From Prolixibacteraceae bacterium (GTDB lineage: Bacteria > Bacteroidota > Bacteroidia > Bacteroidales > Prolixibacteraceae), in assembly GCA_025210775.1 (NCBI GenBank), contig JAOARB010000010.1:39502-103501 (forward strand): a stretch of 64,000 nucleotides of DNA. Reading direction: 5' to 3'. Within the stretch, counting starts at the first letter, position 1. The number at the start of each line of letters is the position of its first letter. Below are positions 38,757-48,522 of the stretch, piece by piece. Both the position numbers and the translations under genes were made by a program. The notes beneath the pieces are model-generated. The model saw only the letters and a list, made by a program, of their open reading frames with translations, searched no databases and was not told the DNA's origin.

Positions 38757-39539
38757 TTAATATCTTATATTACTTGGTCTTGGTGAACGATTAACTGTAA
38801 TATTATATACAGGTATTGATGTTTCAGAACTACTATAACCGTCACTTGCAATGAAATAGACTCTATACACTCCTGGTACCAATTCAGAAGGTGCTTGGTC
38901 AATATCTTTCGCTTCTACAACATCCCCACTCTCATTCACAATCTTATAACTCTTTGTTACTGTATCTCCAGTATCAACATCATTTACATTTACACCTGAA
39001 AAATCAAATACACCTCCAGCATTCCATCTTCCACTTGTCTCATCCGCACATTCATTCCGATCAACAGTGGCAAGACCCCAGAAATATGGTTTGTTGTTTA
39101 ATCTCACATAAATTCTAGAAACCACTCCACTACAATGAGTTGCATTACTTGCATCTACACTTGTTTGTGTAACATCCACAAAACCACTATTTCGATAAGG
39201 ATCTGTACTCCACTTAACACGTACAGTAGATATTCGAGAAGTAGTTAAAGTTTCTGTTTTATGAATCCAACCCGAAGATTCACTTATTCCTCCATCAATA
39301 GTCCATTGAATTCTATCATTCTTATAATCTTCCACGCCAAGATCATAATTAGTCGATGCTTCAATAGAGAACTCTTTTGTTTCTCCTTTGTTACATACTA
39401 AAGGATTTTCTCTTGATCCTAATTGACCAGCAGGCAATGTATTTATGGAGCCAGATGTTTGACCCAAAACAATCCCAGAGAAGCACATCACTCCTCCTAA
39501 TAGAATAGGTCTTATATATTTCATCAATCTGTCTCTCAT
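38757..39539 (-). CDS. secreted two-domain protein, operon paralog 1 (most divergent; no recognisable CTD)
   Basis: 260 aa. Signal peptide (VLG-QTS). KEFSI...IQWTI...GFVDVTQ...THC, with a second Cys 27 residues later. Confidence 0.7.
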   Translation of the reverse strand: MRDRLMKYIRPILLGGVMCFSGIVLGQTSGSINTLPAGQLGSRENPLVCNKGETKEFSIEASTNYDLGVEDYKNDRIQWTIDGGISESSGWIHKTETLTTSRISTVRVKWSTDPYRNSGFVDVTQTSVDASNATHCSGVVSRIYVRLNNKPYFWGLATVDRNECADETSGRWNAGGVFDFSGVNVNDVDTGDTVTKSYKIVNESGDVVEAKDIDQAPSELVPGVYRVYFIASDGYSSSETSIPVYNITVNRSPRPSNIRY

Positions 39540-39622
39540 AATTAGATATAAGTAATCTTTAACTCTGTTTTTAATAAAAATTGTGGGATTAATAAATCAG
39601 ATATGTTTATCTCTTCACAACA

Positions 39623-39630
39623 CAAACATA
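39623..39630 (-). promoter_or_regulatory. candidate -7 box TATGTTTG upstream of the T9SS cargo operon
   Basis: The minus strand reads TATGTTTG, about 84 nt upstream of the ATG at 39539. Motif match only. Confidence 0.25.
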
Positions 39631-40384
39631 GGATATAGAAGTTTATCTTACAAGTAGATTAAGACACACTACTCTTAATTTACAATAAACATTTTTTTTA
39701 GGCAATAACAACTTATTCTGTCCTATCACGGGGAATAAGTAGGACAAAACTAAAAAAATGCTGTCATAATAAGACATTTCACTTTTTTAAAGATTGTCAC
39801 CATTTTTAAACTCTATGTCATATATAAATAATAAGAAATCAGATAAAAAAAACACAAAGGATCACTATTCACAACACTCAAATACAACACAAAAATCACA
39901 TTTAAAACAACTGAATAACAACAACTTAAAAGACAACAAATACAAACAGCAAATGACAACACAAAACATCAAGAATTAGATATGACAAAAGAAATAAAAA
40001 AATATGTCATACTATTTTTACAATTAAATGAAAGTAAAATCAGTCATTACGTAATATGACAGCTAATCCTTTACAGGTAAGAAAAGGCTCGATTTAGAGA
40101 CAGAAAATCACTATGTTAATAAATTGTTAATTTTACTAAAGAAAAGTATTTTCAACAAAATAGAGTAGAAAACATAATATTTCTCATTTACCCATACACA
40201 CAATTATTGGCAAGTATCGATACATTTATCGATATAATTCTTGTAATATTTTGACAGAAGAAAGGTTGTAACGAATGGTTAAAATTAAGTTAAGCACCAA
40301 CACCACCATTGTGTGGTAAAGATACAAAAAAAGAGGGACCCAACCTATGGCATCCCCCTTATGAATTCACATGTAAAATATTGT

Positions 40385-41929
40385 TTATTTCGATTTCAAT
40401 ACCACGAATGGTACTAGCATCTCCTCCATTGATACGCCTCCATGTTGAAAAGTATCATAATATGTAGCCGAAAATTGGCTAAAGTTATTTTTGTAAACGA
40501 AATAATCCCCAGGCTTACCAAAGATATACTTGGTAGATACTTGTGGGTGTGGCAAACCTACTTCTACTGGTTTACTGATCTCGAAGACATTTTTAGATGG
40601 ATATTTTAGATTTCTCCCCAACTTATATCGAAGGTTCGTATTGGTATTCTTCTCACCTTGTATCTTTACGGCATTCTTAACACGTGTCGTCCCATGATCC
40701 GAAGTCAATACGATATGAATATCTTCAGAAGACAATTTCTCAAGAAGTTCAAGTAATTGTGAATGTTCAAACCAGCTACGAGCAAGAGAACGGAATGCAG
40801 CCTCATCTGCGGCCAACTCCTTTATCATCTCCATGTCTGTTCGTGCATGCGAGATCATGTCGATAAAATTGATTACAAGAACAGAGAAATCAGATTGAAC
40901 AATCTTTGAATAATGATCTAAAACTTTCCCTCCTGAAGTGGCATTAGAAGCTTTAATAAACTGTACACTCTCTTTACGACGAGAACGTTCAAACTGCTTT
41001 ACAAGAAGGGTTTCTTCATGGAGATTTTTAAATCCACTTTCATCTTCTCCAACCCAACAATCAGGATACATTGAAGCTATACGCTCTGGGGTTAATCCAG
41101 CAAACAAACTATTTCTAGCATACATAGTAGCCGTAGGCAGAATACTACAACACACCTCCTCTTTAATCAAAGAATAGCGCTCAAGTATCATCTCTTTAAT
41201 TGCCAACCAATGATCAAATCTCAAATTATCAACCACCAGCAGAAACACCTTCTTCGATTGATCCAACAAAGGGAAAACTCCTTTAGATATGGCATTTACA
41301 GAGTTAAGTGAGAAATTCTCGATCCCATCTTCATGCCAATCACAGTAGTTACGTTGAACGAACTTAAAGAACTCTTGGTTTGCCTCTTTCTTTTGCATCG
41401 AAAGGATTTCATCCATTGTGTTATCCCCACTCTCTGAAAGTTCCACTTCCCATTTCTCTAGTTTCACGAAAAGTTGTTTCCAATCTTCCATAGAGACACA
41501 CATATTGATCTCTTGAGAGAGTTGCATAAAAGATTGTCTATAATCGGTAGTCAGCTTCTGTTTTACCAATCGTCGATTATCAAACACTTTCTTAAGACAC
41601 AGAAGTATCTGAGCAGGACGCACAGGCTTAATAAGGTAATCTGCGATTCTTGAACCAATGGCTTCCTCCATCACATTCTCTTCCTCACTTTTTGTAACCA
41701 TCACCACAGGAAGAGAATCATCATATTCTTTTATTAAAGGCAAAGTTTGAAGTCCAGTAATACCTGGCATATGCTCATCTAAGAACACAATATCAAAGCT
41801 ATTTTCTTTGATCATATCCACAGCATCATGCCCATTCGTTGCCACATCCACATCATATCCTTTAGATGTCAAGAATATAATATGAGGTTTTAGCATCTCG
41901 ATCTCATCATCTACCCATAATATCTTCAT
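40385..41929 (-). CDS. porX: T9SS response regulator PorX (CheY-like receiver + PglZ/alkaline-phosphatase-like domain)
   Basis: 514 aa. Receiver MKILWVDDEIEMLKP...DIVFLDEHMPG...VVMVTK. The C-terminal PglZ-type domain carries VVDNLRFDHW and VLTSDHGT. Domain order and length match PorX. Confidence 0.8.
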   Translation of the reverse strand: MKILWVDDEIEMLKPHIIFLTSKGYDVDVATNGHDAVDMIKENSFDIVFLDEHMPGITGLQTLPLIKEYDDSLPVVMVTKSEEENVMEEAIGSRIADYLIKPVRPAQILLCLKKVFDNRRLVKQKLTTDYRQSFMQLSQEINMCVSMEDWKQLFVKLEKWEVELSESGDNTMDEILSMQKKEANQEFFKFVQRNYCDWHEDGIENFSLNSVNAISKGVFPLLDQSKKVFLLVVDNLRFDHWLAIKEMILERYSLIKEEVCCSILPTATMYARNSLFAGLTPERIASMYPDCWVGEDESGFKNLHEETLLVKQFERSRRKESVQFIKASNATSGGKVLDHYSKIVQSDFSVLVINFIDMISHARTDMEMIKELAADEAAFRSLARSWFEHSQLLELLEKLSSEDIHIVLTSDHGTTRVKNAVKIQGEKNTNTNLRYKLGRNLKYPSKNVFEISKPVEVGLPHPQVSTKYIFGKPGDYFVYKNNFSQFSATYYDTFQHGGVSMEEMLVPFVVLKSK

Positions 41930-41990
41930 ACTAATAATTTTATTAATGTATTATTATACAACCAGACAGCCTCAAACCTCATTGCAATAA

Positions 41991-44900
41991 TTACTTCACA
42001 ACAGGCATCTTGTTTTTTCTATAGAATAATCGATATTGATCTATCTTTTTATTCCTTAGCAAACGTCTTAGGTTTTCATCAGAGATAATCATCACCTCCT
42101 CAACAGAAGGTACAATACTTTTCTTAAATCGATCCAATTCAGCAATCTGGCTCAAATAGTTTGTCGCCTTCTCTAGGTTAGACAAGCCTGTTACGACAAC
42201 AAAAGTGTTAGAGCTATTAAAATCCTCTACTTGTACTTTATATCCACGTTGTTTTAGATCCTTAATATGAACAAACATCAACTGTTGTCTCACCTTATTG
42301 ATCCTACGAGTATCTTTCGTTGTCATAAAGATAATCGCATGTTGTATATCTTCTCTATCTGTAAAAAGATCCTCAGCCATATCAACGTGGACAACCTCTT
42401 CTTTAGGTTCAACAACCTCTTTATCTAAAGGAACATCCGAAGCAACTTCTTCTTTTGTTGTAGAGACATTACTTTCCACTTTCTTCAACTCATTATCAGG
42501 TGTAACAGATGACGCAACTGGCTGAGACTCATTTTTCTCTATAGCCTCACTACTCTTGTTTGTTCCGACAGCAGTAGTCACTACTGCTGTTTTAGTCGTC
42601 TGCTTACTAGCATCTACGATGTCACCAGTATCCACTTCAACAAAAGTACCCGAAGTAACAGGATTACTCTTCTGTTGCTTCATATTCTTAATCAATAGCA
42701 TTGGATCTTCTATCGTTTCACCGCTCACTTCACTTCCAATATATGGCGAGATGTTGGCAATAAAGAATTTCTGATATTCTAAAGAGCTCTTATCTTCCTT
42801 AACAGTTCTAAAGTTTTTAGACGTAATAACATAGTTTGAATATTTACGTCCATTCAGCGAAGCAAAGACACGTCTTTGATGGGTAATTGTTTCAAAATAA
42901 ACTTTAGCATAATCTTTATCCGATAAAGCTCTCACCACAATCATTACTTCATGATCATTCAACTTCTCGATATCCACATCAAAATCATCCTCTGGGAAGA
43001 AATCAATATTAAAATGAGCAATATCAAAACGTAGTCTATTAAGATCCACTGGTAATCCTGCATTTAACTCCAGAACATAATAATAGAAAGTATCTGCTGT
43101 CTTCTCGAACTTCTGATTAATAAATTCAGAACTACTCATATCAGCCACCTCTTTATTCTGGATTTCTGAATGGATATATCCATTTTTAACCATGGTAGCA
43201 AAATCTTTCAGCGACTGTTCTTTCACCAATGCTTCCAATTTATTTACCCTCTCCATCAATGGTGAAGTAGGATATTTAACCTTATAATCTTTGATTAATC
43301 TCTCCAAAGTAAGACTACCCTTGGTTGCCCCTAAAGAGACCATCTCAACATAAGCAACTTTAGGGATAAGAGTCGTATCCTGAGGACTCCTCATGATCTC
43401 CGAACTCAATGCAAGCGAAGTATTATAATCACCATTTCGCATTGCTTCTAAAGCCTCTCCATATTTCTGATCTTGGACTCTTTGCTTCTCTGCAATCTGT
43501 TCAAACGAAGAAGGATCACGTAGATACATCGCAATACGACTATCCCCATAATCATTTAATATTCTATTTCTATATCTATTTGCTTCAGCTGTACGACCTG
43601 CTTTATAGGCTATATCATAAGCATAAAACAACACGGTCAACTTAAGTTGTGGATCTGAAGTTTTTCTTAAATAAAGGTCAAACATTTCCAATGAAGCATC
43701 AATATCATGTAGGTCTTCACCATAAATTCGTGCAGCATTATAGGCAGCATTACAGATTTTCTTATTCGAAACAACAAACATTGAATCATTGCGAGGAATA
43801 TCTTTAGTATAATACTCCGCATCCATAGGAGTCAACACTTTGGTTTTCTCTTTCTTATCTGGATCCATATCCTCTCCAGTCTCCTCCTCATCGCCATTTA
43901 ACGAAGAGAAATCCCCCTCAATTTTAGACTTATTCGAACGTCTCCAATTATCAGACAATACACGCTTGCCCCAAATCTGTCTAAAGTTTGCTTTTCCTGT
44001 TGCTACAGTCGATGGATTATAAAAATACCACCTTCCTGAAGCACTAGAACGATCTTGAGAACTATTCTGGTTCATGCTCATCTGAGCATTATTTCTAAAG
44101 AATGAATTATCCAGATCGTCTTGTTGTTCTTGCTGTTTTCTCAGTTCCTCTTCTCTTTTTCTCTTTCGCTCAACCTTTATCCATTCTTTAATCTTACCAT
44201 CCAACACATCCTTAGGAAGGGCAGCCAACTGTTGCAAACTATCCTGCACCTCAATCACCTCCAAGTTTGAAGTCAAAGCGGTCAAGAATTTCGCACGTTT
44301 TTTTATCTCAATAGCATTAGGATAGCTTTCGGGTATTACAGTCACCGCAGTATCATAATAGCTTTGACTTTCTCGATATTTCTTAACATCAAAGAAGATA
44401 TCAGCCAGACGCAAAGAAGACTCCACTCGTTGGGTTGGGTTCGCTTCAGAATAGGTTACTGATTTCTTATAATAATCGATAGCTATAGAGCTCTCTTGTT
44501 TTTCCCAATAAATGTTTCCTAACGCATAATAGATACGATCTTGAAAATCTTCATTCTTCTCATCACGTAACATACGCCCCAAGATACGCTTCGACTTATC
44601 CAAATCTCGACTTCCTTGGTTCAATTCATAGATTCCTATTTTCGCATAGAAAGTCATTCTATAAGGGGTATTCAACCCTAACACTTTCTTATAATTCTCT
44701 ACTGCCTTCTCTTTTTGATCCATAGAAGCATAGAGCTGACCAAGTAAAAAACGATACCTACGACGATCCGGACCTTTCATCGAATATTTTAAAGCATTCT
44801 CCAGACGGGCAATCGCTTGTCCATAATTGTCATGTTTAATATGATAATCAGCCCATAAAAGCCCAATATCTCTTTTTACTCTTTTAGAGATCTGCTTTGT

Positions 44901-45485
44901 TGCCTCTAGCTTATGCAATAAAACAATGGCCTCCTCCTCTTCATCTTGAGAAAAATAAGATCTAGAGATCCATAGCTTCGCCTCACTAAGCACTTCACTA
45001 TATGGATATTTTTGTAGAAGCACTTGAAATACAAACTGAGCATCTTCGATTTTGCCACTACAATATAGAGCCTGCCCCTTTAGTAGGTAAGCATTATCCA
45101 CCCAATCGTTCCACTCTCCTCGCTTCATAAATTGGGCATCACCACTTCCTTTTTTAGGTTTCACTTTTATTGAATGCTCCTTTACCAGCTTATCACACTT
45201 AGCTATTGCCTTACTAAAGCTACCAGAACCAGCTCCTCTTGCCTCAGGGATATCCTCAATAAAAACAGGTAAAGGAATACTATAATCTAGCACATATTGA
45301 GACTTCACTTTTTCCATTCCTTTCTCATAAGCACTCTTGCCATTAAAAAAGACATTATAATGAGAAGTCATATTCTGAAACCTCCTAGACAAAGCCGTAT
45401 TACGAGTTGTTCCACAGCTATATAGAAGAACAAAAAGACCTAATAGAAAAAAGACGTATGTATATCGAAACTTATTTTTAAACAT
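41991..45485 (-). CDS. porW: large TPR lipoprotein, probable T9SS PorW/SprE
   Basis: 1164 aa. Lipobox LLYSCG followed by TALSRRFQNMTSHYNVFFNGKSAYEKG, which as I recall is the PorW/SprE N-terminal signature. Many TPR-like repeats and an acidic low-complexity middle. Needs HMM confirmation. Confidence 0.55.
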   Translation of the reverse strand: MFKNKFRYTYVFFLLGLFVLLYSCGTTRNTALSRRFQNMTSHYNVFFNGKSAYEKGMEKVKSQYVLDYSIPLPVFIEDIPEARGAGSGSFSKAIAKCDKLVKEHSIKVKPKKGSGDAQFMKRGEWNDWVDNAYLLKGQALYCSGKIEDAQFVFQVLLQKYPYSEVLSEAKLWISRSYFSQDEEEEAIVLLHKLEATKQISKRVKRDIGLLWADYHIKHDNYGQAIARLENALKYSMKGPDRRRYRFLLGQLYASMDQKEKAVENYKKVLGLNTPYRMTFYAKIGIYELNQGSRDLDKSKRILGRMLRDEKNEDFQDRIYYALGNIYWEKQESSIAIDYYKKSVTYSEANPTQRVESSLRLADIFFDVKKYRESQSYYDTAVTVIPESYPNAIEIKKRAKFLTALTSNLEVIEVQDSLQQLAALPKDVLDGKIKEWIKVERKRKREEELRKQQEQQDDLDNSFFRNNAQMSMNQNSSQDRSSASGRWYFYNPSTVATGKANFRQIWGKRVLSDNWRRSNKSKIEGDFSSLNGDEEETGEDMDPDKKEKTKVLTPMDAEYYTKDIPRNDSMFVVSNKKICNAAYNAARIYGEDLHDIDASLEMFDLYLRKTSDPQLKLTVLFYAYDIAYKAGRTAEANRYRNRILNDYGDSRIAMYLRDPSSFEQIAEKQRVQDQKYGEALEAMRNGDYNTSLALSSEIMRSPQDTTLIPKVAYVEMVSLGATKGSLTLERLIKDYKVKYPTSPLMERVNKLEALVKEQSLKDFATMVKNGYIHSEIQNKEVADMSSSEFINQKFEKTADTFYYYVLELNAGLPVDLNRLRFDIAHFNIDFFPEDDFDVDIEKLNDHEVMIVVRALSDKDYAKVYFETITHQRRVFASLNGRKYSNYVITSKNFRTVKEDKSSLEYQKFFIANISPYIGSEVSGETIEDPMLLIKNMKQQKSNPVTSGTFVEVDTGDIVDASKQTTKTAVVTTAVGTNKSSEAIEKNESQPVASSVTPDNELKKVESNVSTTKEEVASDVPLDKEVVEPKEEVVHVDMAEDLFTDREDIQHAIIFMTTKDTRRINKVRQQLMFVHIKDLKQRGYKVQVEDFNSSNTFVVVTGLSNLEKATNYLSQIAELDRFKKSIVPSVEEVMIISDENLRRLLRNKKIDQYRLFYRKNKMPVVK

Positions 45486-45672
45486 ATAGTGTATGCGTTA
45501 CCTCTTCGGAATTAATCATGATACTCATAAAAATAAACTACTAAAATACCACTTTATTGTTTTTCCATTGCGAAAGAATAACAACATTCTAATGAATATC
45601 AAACGATAAAGATTTGTAAACTACATTACATCGGAAAATAATGCTTTTTGACGTCTATTTCCCTAATATTTA

Positions 45673-45680
45673 TAATTTTG
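45673..45680 (+). promoter_or_regulatory. candidate -7 box TAATTTTG upstream of cysS
   Basis: 28 nt upstream of the ATG at 45708. Confidence 0.4.
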
Positions 45681-45707
45681 TAGTTCTTAAAAGTAATTGT
45701 CAAAGAT

Positions 45708-47177
45708 ATGGACAGCAAATTTGTCATTTATAATACTCGCTCTCGTAAGAAAGAGACATTCCAACCAATCAATGAAGGACTTGTTGGAATGTATGTTTGT
45801 GGACCAACCGTTTACGGTGACGCTCACCTAGGTCATGCTAGACCTGCCATCACATTCGACATTCTATTCAGATATCTAAAACATCTTGAATATAAAGTTA
45901 GATACGTTAGAAATATTACTGACGTTGGACACCTTGTCAACGATGGCGATGAAGGTGAAGATAAGATTGCAAAAAAAGCAAAGCTTGATGCTCTTGAACC
46001 TATGGAAGTGGTACAACAATATACCAATAGCTACCATAAGAACATGAACGATCTTAACGTGCTACCTCCTAGCATCGAACCTACTGCTACAGGACACATC
46101 ATTGAGCAGATTGCTGTGGTAAAGCAATTAATCGACAATGGCTATGCATACGAAAGCCAAGGATCGGTCTATTTTGATGTTCGTAAATATGCGGCAGATC
46201 ATAACTACGGTGAACTATCTGGTAGAAAGATCGAGGACATGCTTGTAAACACCCGTACCTTAGATGGACAGGGAGAAAAAAGATTTGGATTAGACTTCGC
46301 TCTATGGAAGAATGCACAACCTGAACATATCATGAAATGGCCTTCTCCTTGGGGAATGGGATTTCCTGGATGGCACACAGAGTGTACTGCCATGAGTGCA
46401 AAATATCTTGGAAAGAGATTTGATATTCACGGAGGAGGAATGGACCTTATGTTCCCTCACCATGAAGCAGAGATGGCACAAGCAAAAGCATGCTATGGTC
46501 ACGACAATGTAAACTATTGGATGCACAACAACATGGTTACCATCAACGGACAGAAGATGGGAAAATCATTGGGCAACTTCATTACATTAGATCAACTTTT
46601 CGAAGGAACACATGAATTGCTAGAACAAGCATACGATCCTATGACCATCCGCTTTTTCATTTTGCAAGCACACTACAGAAGTCCATTAGATTTCTCTAAC
46701 ACAGCATTGCAAGCAGCCGAAAAAGGATACCAAAGATTGATGCAAGCGATCCAAAACATCGATAGCCTAACGCCATCGAAACAGTCTACTGTAGACATCA
46801 AAGGATTACAAGATAAGTGTTACGAAGCGATCAATGACGATCTAAACACACCTATTTTGATTGCCCATCTTTTTGAGGGAGTAAAAACAATCAACCTTAT
46901 CAAAGAAGGAAATCAAAAAGCAACAGAAGAAGATATTCAACAACTTAAGGATCTATTCCAAAACATGGCAATCAACATCCTTGGGTTAAGAGACTGCGTA
47001 GAAGGAGACCAACAAGCAGACGTTCTTTCTGGTGTCATGGATCTTCTTCTAGAGATCAGAGCAGAAGCCAAAGCCAATAAAGACTGGGGTACTTCAGACA
47101 AGATCCGAGACCAACTAAAAGAAGCAGGACTTGCTATTAAAGACACAAAAGATGGAGCCGAATGGCATCTATTATAA
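45708..47177 (+). CDS. cysS: cysteine--tRNA ligase
   Basis: 489 aa. The HIGH motif appears as HLGHAR, KMSKS as KMGKSLGN, plus the class-I fold signature [13 protein letters not shown]. Confidence 0.95.
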   Translation: MDSKFVIYNTRSRKKETFQPINEGLVGMYVCGPTVYGDAHLGHARPAITFDILFRYLKHLEYKVRYVRNITDVGHLVNDGDEGEDKIAKKAKLDALEPMEVVQQYTNSYHKNMNDLNVLPPSIEPTATGHIIEQIAVVKQLIDNGYAYESQGSVYFDVRKYAADHNYGELSGRKIEDMLVNTRTLDGQGEKRFGLDFALWKNAQPEHIMKWPSPWGMGFPGWHTECTAMSAKYLGKRFDIHGGGMDLMFPHHEAEMAQAKACYGHDNVNYWMHNNMVTINGQKMGKSLGNFITLDQLFEGTHELLEQAYDPMTIRFFILQAHYRSPLDFSNTALQAAEKGYQRLMQAIQNIDSLTPSKQSTVDIKGLQDKCYEAINDDLNTPILIAHLFEGVKTINLIKEGNQKATEEDIQQLKDLFQNMAINILGLRDCVEGDQQADVLSGVMDLLLEIRAEAKANKDWGTSDKIRDQLKEAGLAIKDTKDGAEWHLL

Positions 47178-47184
47178 AACTAAA

Positions 47185-47217
47185 AAGAGGCGATAAAAAA
47201 TTATTATCGCCTCTTTT
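47185..47217. terminator. bidirectional intrinsic terminator between cysS and the kinase gene
   Basis: Stem AAGAGGCGATAA/TTATCGCCTCTT flanked by A- and T-runs. Confidence 0.6.
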
Positions 47218-47281
47218 CTTATTTCAAAAACATATCAAATAGATCTCTTCCTCAACGAAAAGAATTTCGTCCACTTCGAGA

Positions 47282-48280
47282 TTACATATTACCTATTTCT
47301 CTTTGTAATTCGACCCATTGTTCCTCTTCTAGGTGTGCTCCTGTAACTGCAATCACTTTAGAAGCCAATAGAGCCCCCATAAAGCCACATCTATCCAAAG
47401 ACAAGCCTACAGCATATCCATATAGAAATCCGGCAGCAAAGAAGTCGCCAGCACCTGTTGTGTCAATAACATGATTTGACAACGTAGGGATATGGTAACA
47501 TTGGTCGCCTTGTTTTACGTAAGCGCCTTCAGAACCCACTTTTACAACCACAATATCCACCATCTTACCAATATACTCTAATGCCTCCTTTGGTCCTTTA
47601 CCAACAAAAGCTTTCGCTTCCTCTTCGTTAGCAAACACAATATCCACGTACGACTCAACCAAATCGTGTAGTAGATCCAAATTTTCCTCTACCACATTAT
47701 AGCTTGCCAAGTCAATAGCAACCTTTAGACCTAACTTATGTGCCATAATTGCTGCTGCTCTAATCAGCTCATGATTCTGCACCAAATAACCCTCGATCAT
47801 AAAAATATCGTACCCTTGAAAATATTTAGGATCGATATCTTCCGAATTTAATGCCAACGCAGCACCAAGGTGGGTTGCAAAAGTTCTTTCCCCATCTGGA
47901 GTAACCAAAGAGATAGCCACCCCTGTCGACAACGATGTTTTTTTAAGATACAATTCGACATCATTTGAAGTAAGAGAGCTTGAAAAGAACGAACCAAAAT
48001 GATCATTTCCTACCGAGCCAATAAACCCCGTTCCTATTCCCATAGATGCCAAAGCACCGATAACATTAGAGACGGAGCCACCAGAAGTAATTTTTTTTGA
48101 ATTTTTTTTTGTTTCCCTCTGTATCTCCTCCGACTGTTCCATATCCACAAGGGTCATACTTCCCTTCATTAAATTAAATCTCTGTAATACAGCAGGATCC
48201 AACAACAAGGTTATCTCATCGACTAAAGCATTTCCTATTCCGATCACCTTGCATTGCTTCTTTTGATTCATCTTGTTCAA
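47282..48280 (-). CDS. PfkB-family carbohydrate/nucleoside kinase (adenosine-kinase-like)
   Basis: 332 aa. VIGIGNALVDE near the N-terminus and DTTGAGDFFAAGFLYG near the C-terminus. Confidence 0.85.
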   Translation of the reverse strand: MNKMNQKKQCKVIGIGNALVDEITLLLDPAVLQRFNLMKGSMTLVDMEQSEEIQRETKKNSKKITSGGSVSNVIGALASMGIGTGFIGSVGNDHFGSFFSSSLTSNDVELYLKKTSLSTGVAISLVTPDGERTFATHLGAALALNSEDIDPKYFQGYDIFMIEGYLVQNHELIRAAAIMAHKLGLKVAIDLASYNVVEENLDLLHDLVESYVDIVFANEEEAKAFVGKGPKEALEYIGKMVDIVVVKVGSEGAYVKQGDQCYHIPTLSNHVIDTTGAGDFFAAGFLYGYAVGLSLDRCGFMGALLASKVIAVTGAHLEEEQWVELQREIGNM

Positions 48281-48333
48281 ATATTTTTATCCATTTTTTT
48301 TGCAAATATATTTCAGATTTCGGAAAAAGCTAT

Positions 48334-48341
48334 TACATTTG
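48334..48341 (+). promoter_or_regulatory. candidate -7 box TACATTTG upstream of tRNA-Asn
   Basis: About 70 nt upstream of the tRNA 5' end. Confidence 0.3.
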
Positions 48342-48410
48342 CCACGCAATTGAGAAAAACATGAGCCTTTAACGAAAGGATAAACTCACTACTCAATGGC
48401 ACTGTTTCAC

Positions 48411-48484
48411 TCCCTAGTAGCTCAGTTGGTTAGAGCGGCGGACTGTTAATCCGTAGGTCGTAGGTTCAAGTCCTACCTGGGGAG
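48411..48484 (+). tRNA. tRNA-Asn (anticodon GTT)
   Basis: Hand-folded 74-nt cloverleaf. Acceptor TCCCTAG/CTGGGGA. D arm GCTC-AGTTGGTTA-GAGC. Anticodon loop CT-GTT-AA. T arm GTAGG-TTCAAGT-CCTAC. Confidence 0.92.
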
Positions 48485-48488
48485 CTTT

Positions 48489-48522
48489 AAAGCCGAAGAT
48501 ATTTTTATCTTTGGCTTTTTTT
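48489..48522 (+). terminator. intrinsic terminator after tRNA-Asn
   Basis: 10-bp stem AGCCGAAGAT/ATCTTTGGCT followed by a T-run. Confidence 0.65.

Noticed and set aside
39794-39979. A 61-aa ORF rich in N/K/Q in the leader of the T9SS cargo operon.
   Set aside because: It is a low-complexity translation of an A-rich tract. There is no plausible start context or domain.
40385-41929. The PglZ domain as a possible sign of a BREX/Pgl phage-defence locus.
   Set aside because: The PglZ-like domain is fused to an N-terminal CheY receiver, which is the PorX architecture. No BrxA/B/C/L, PglX methyltransferase or other BREX genes are nearby.
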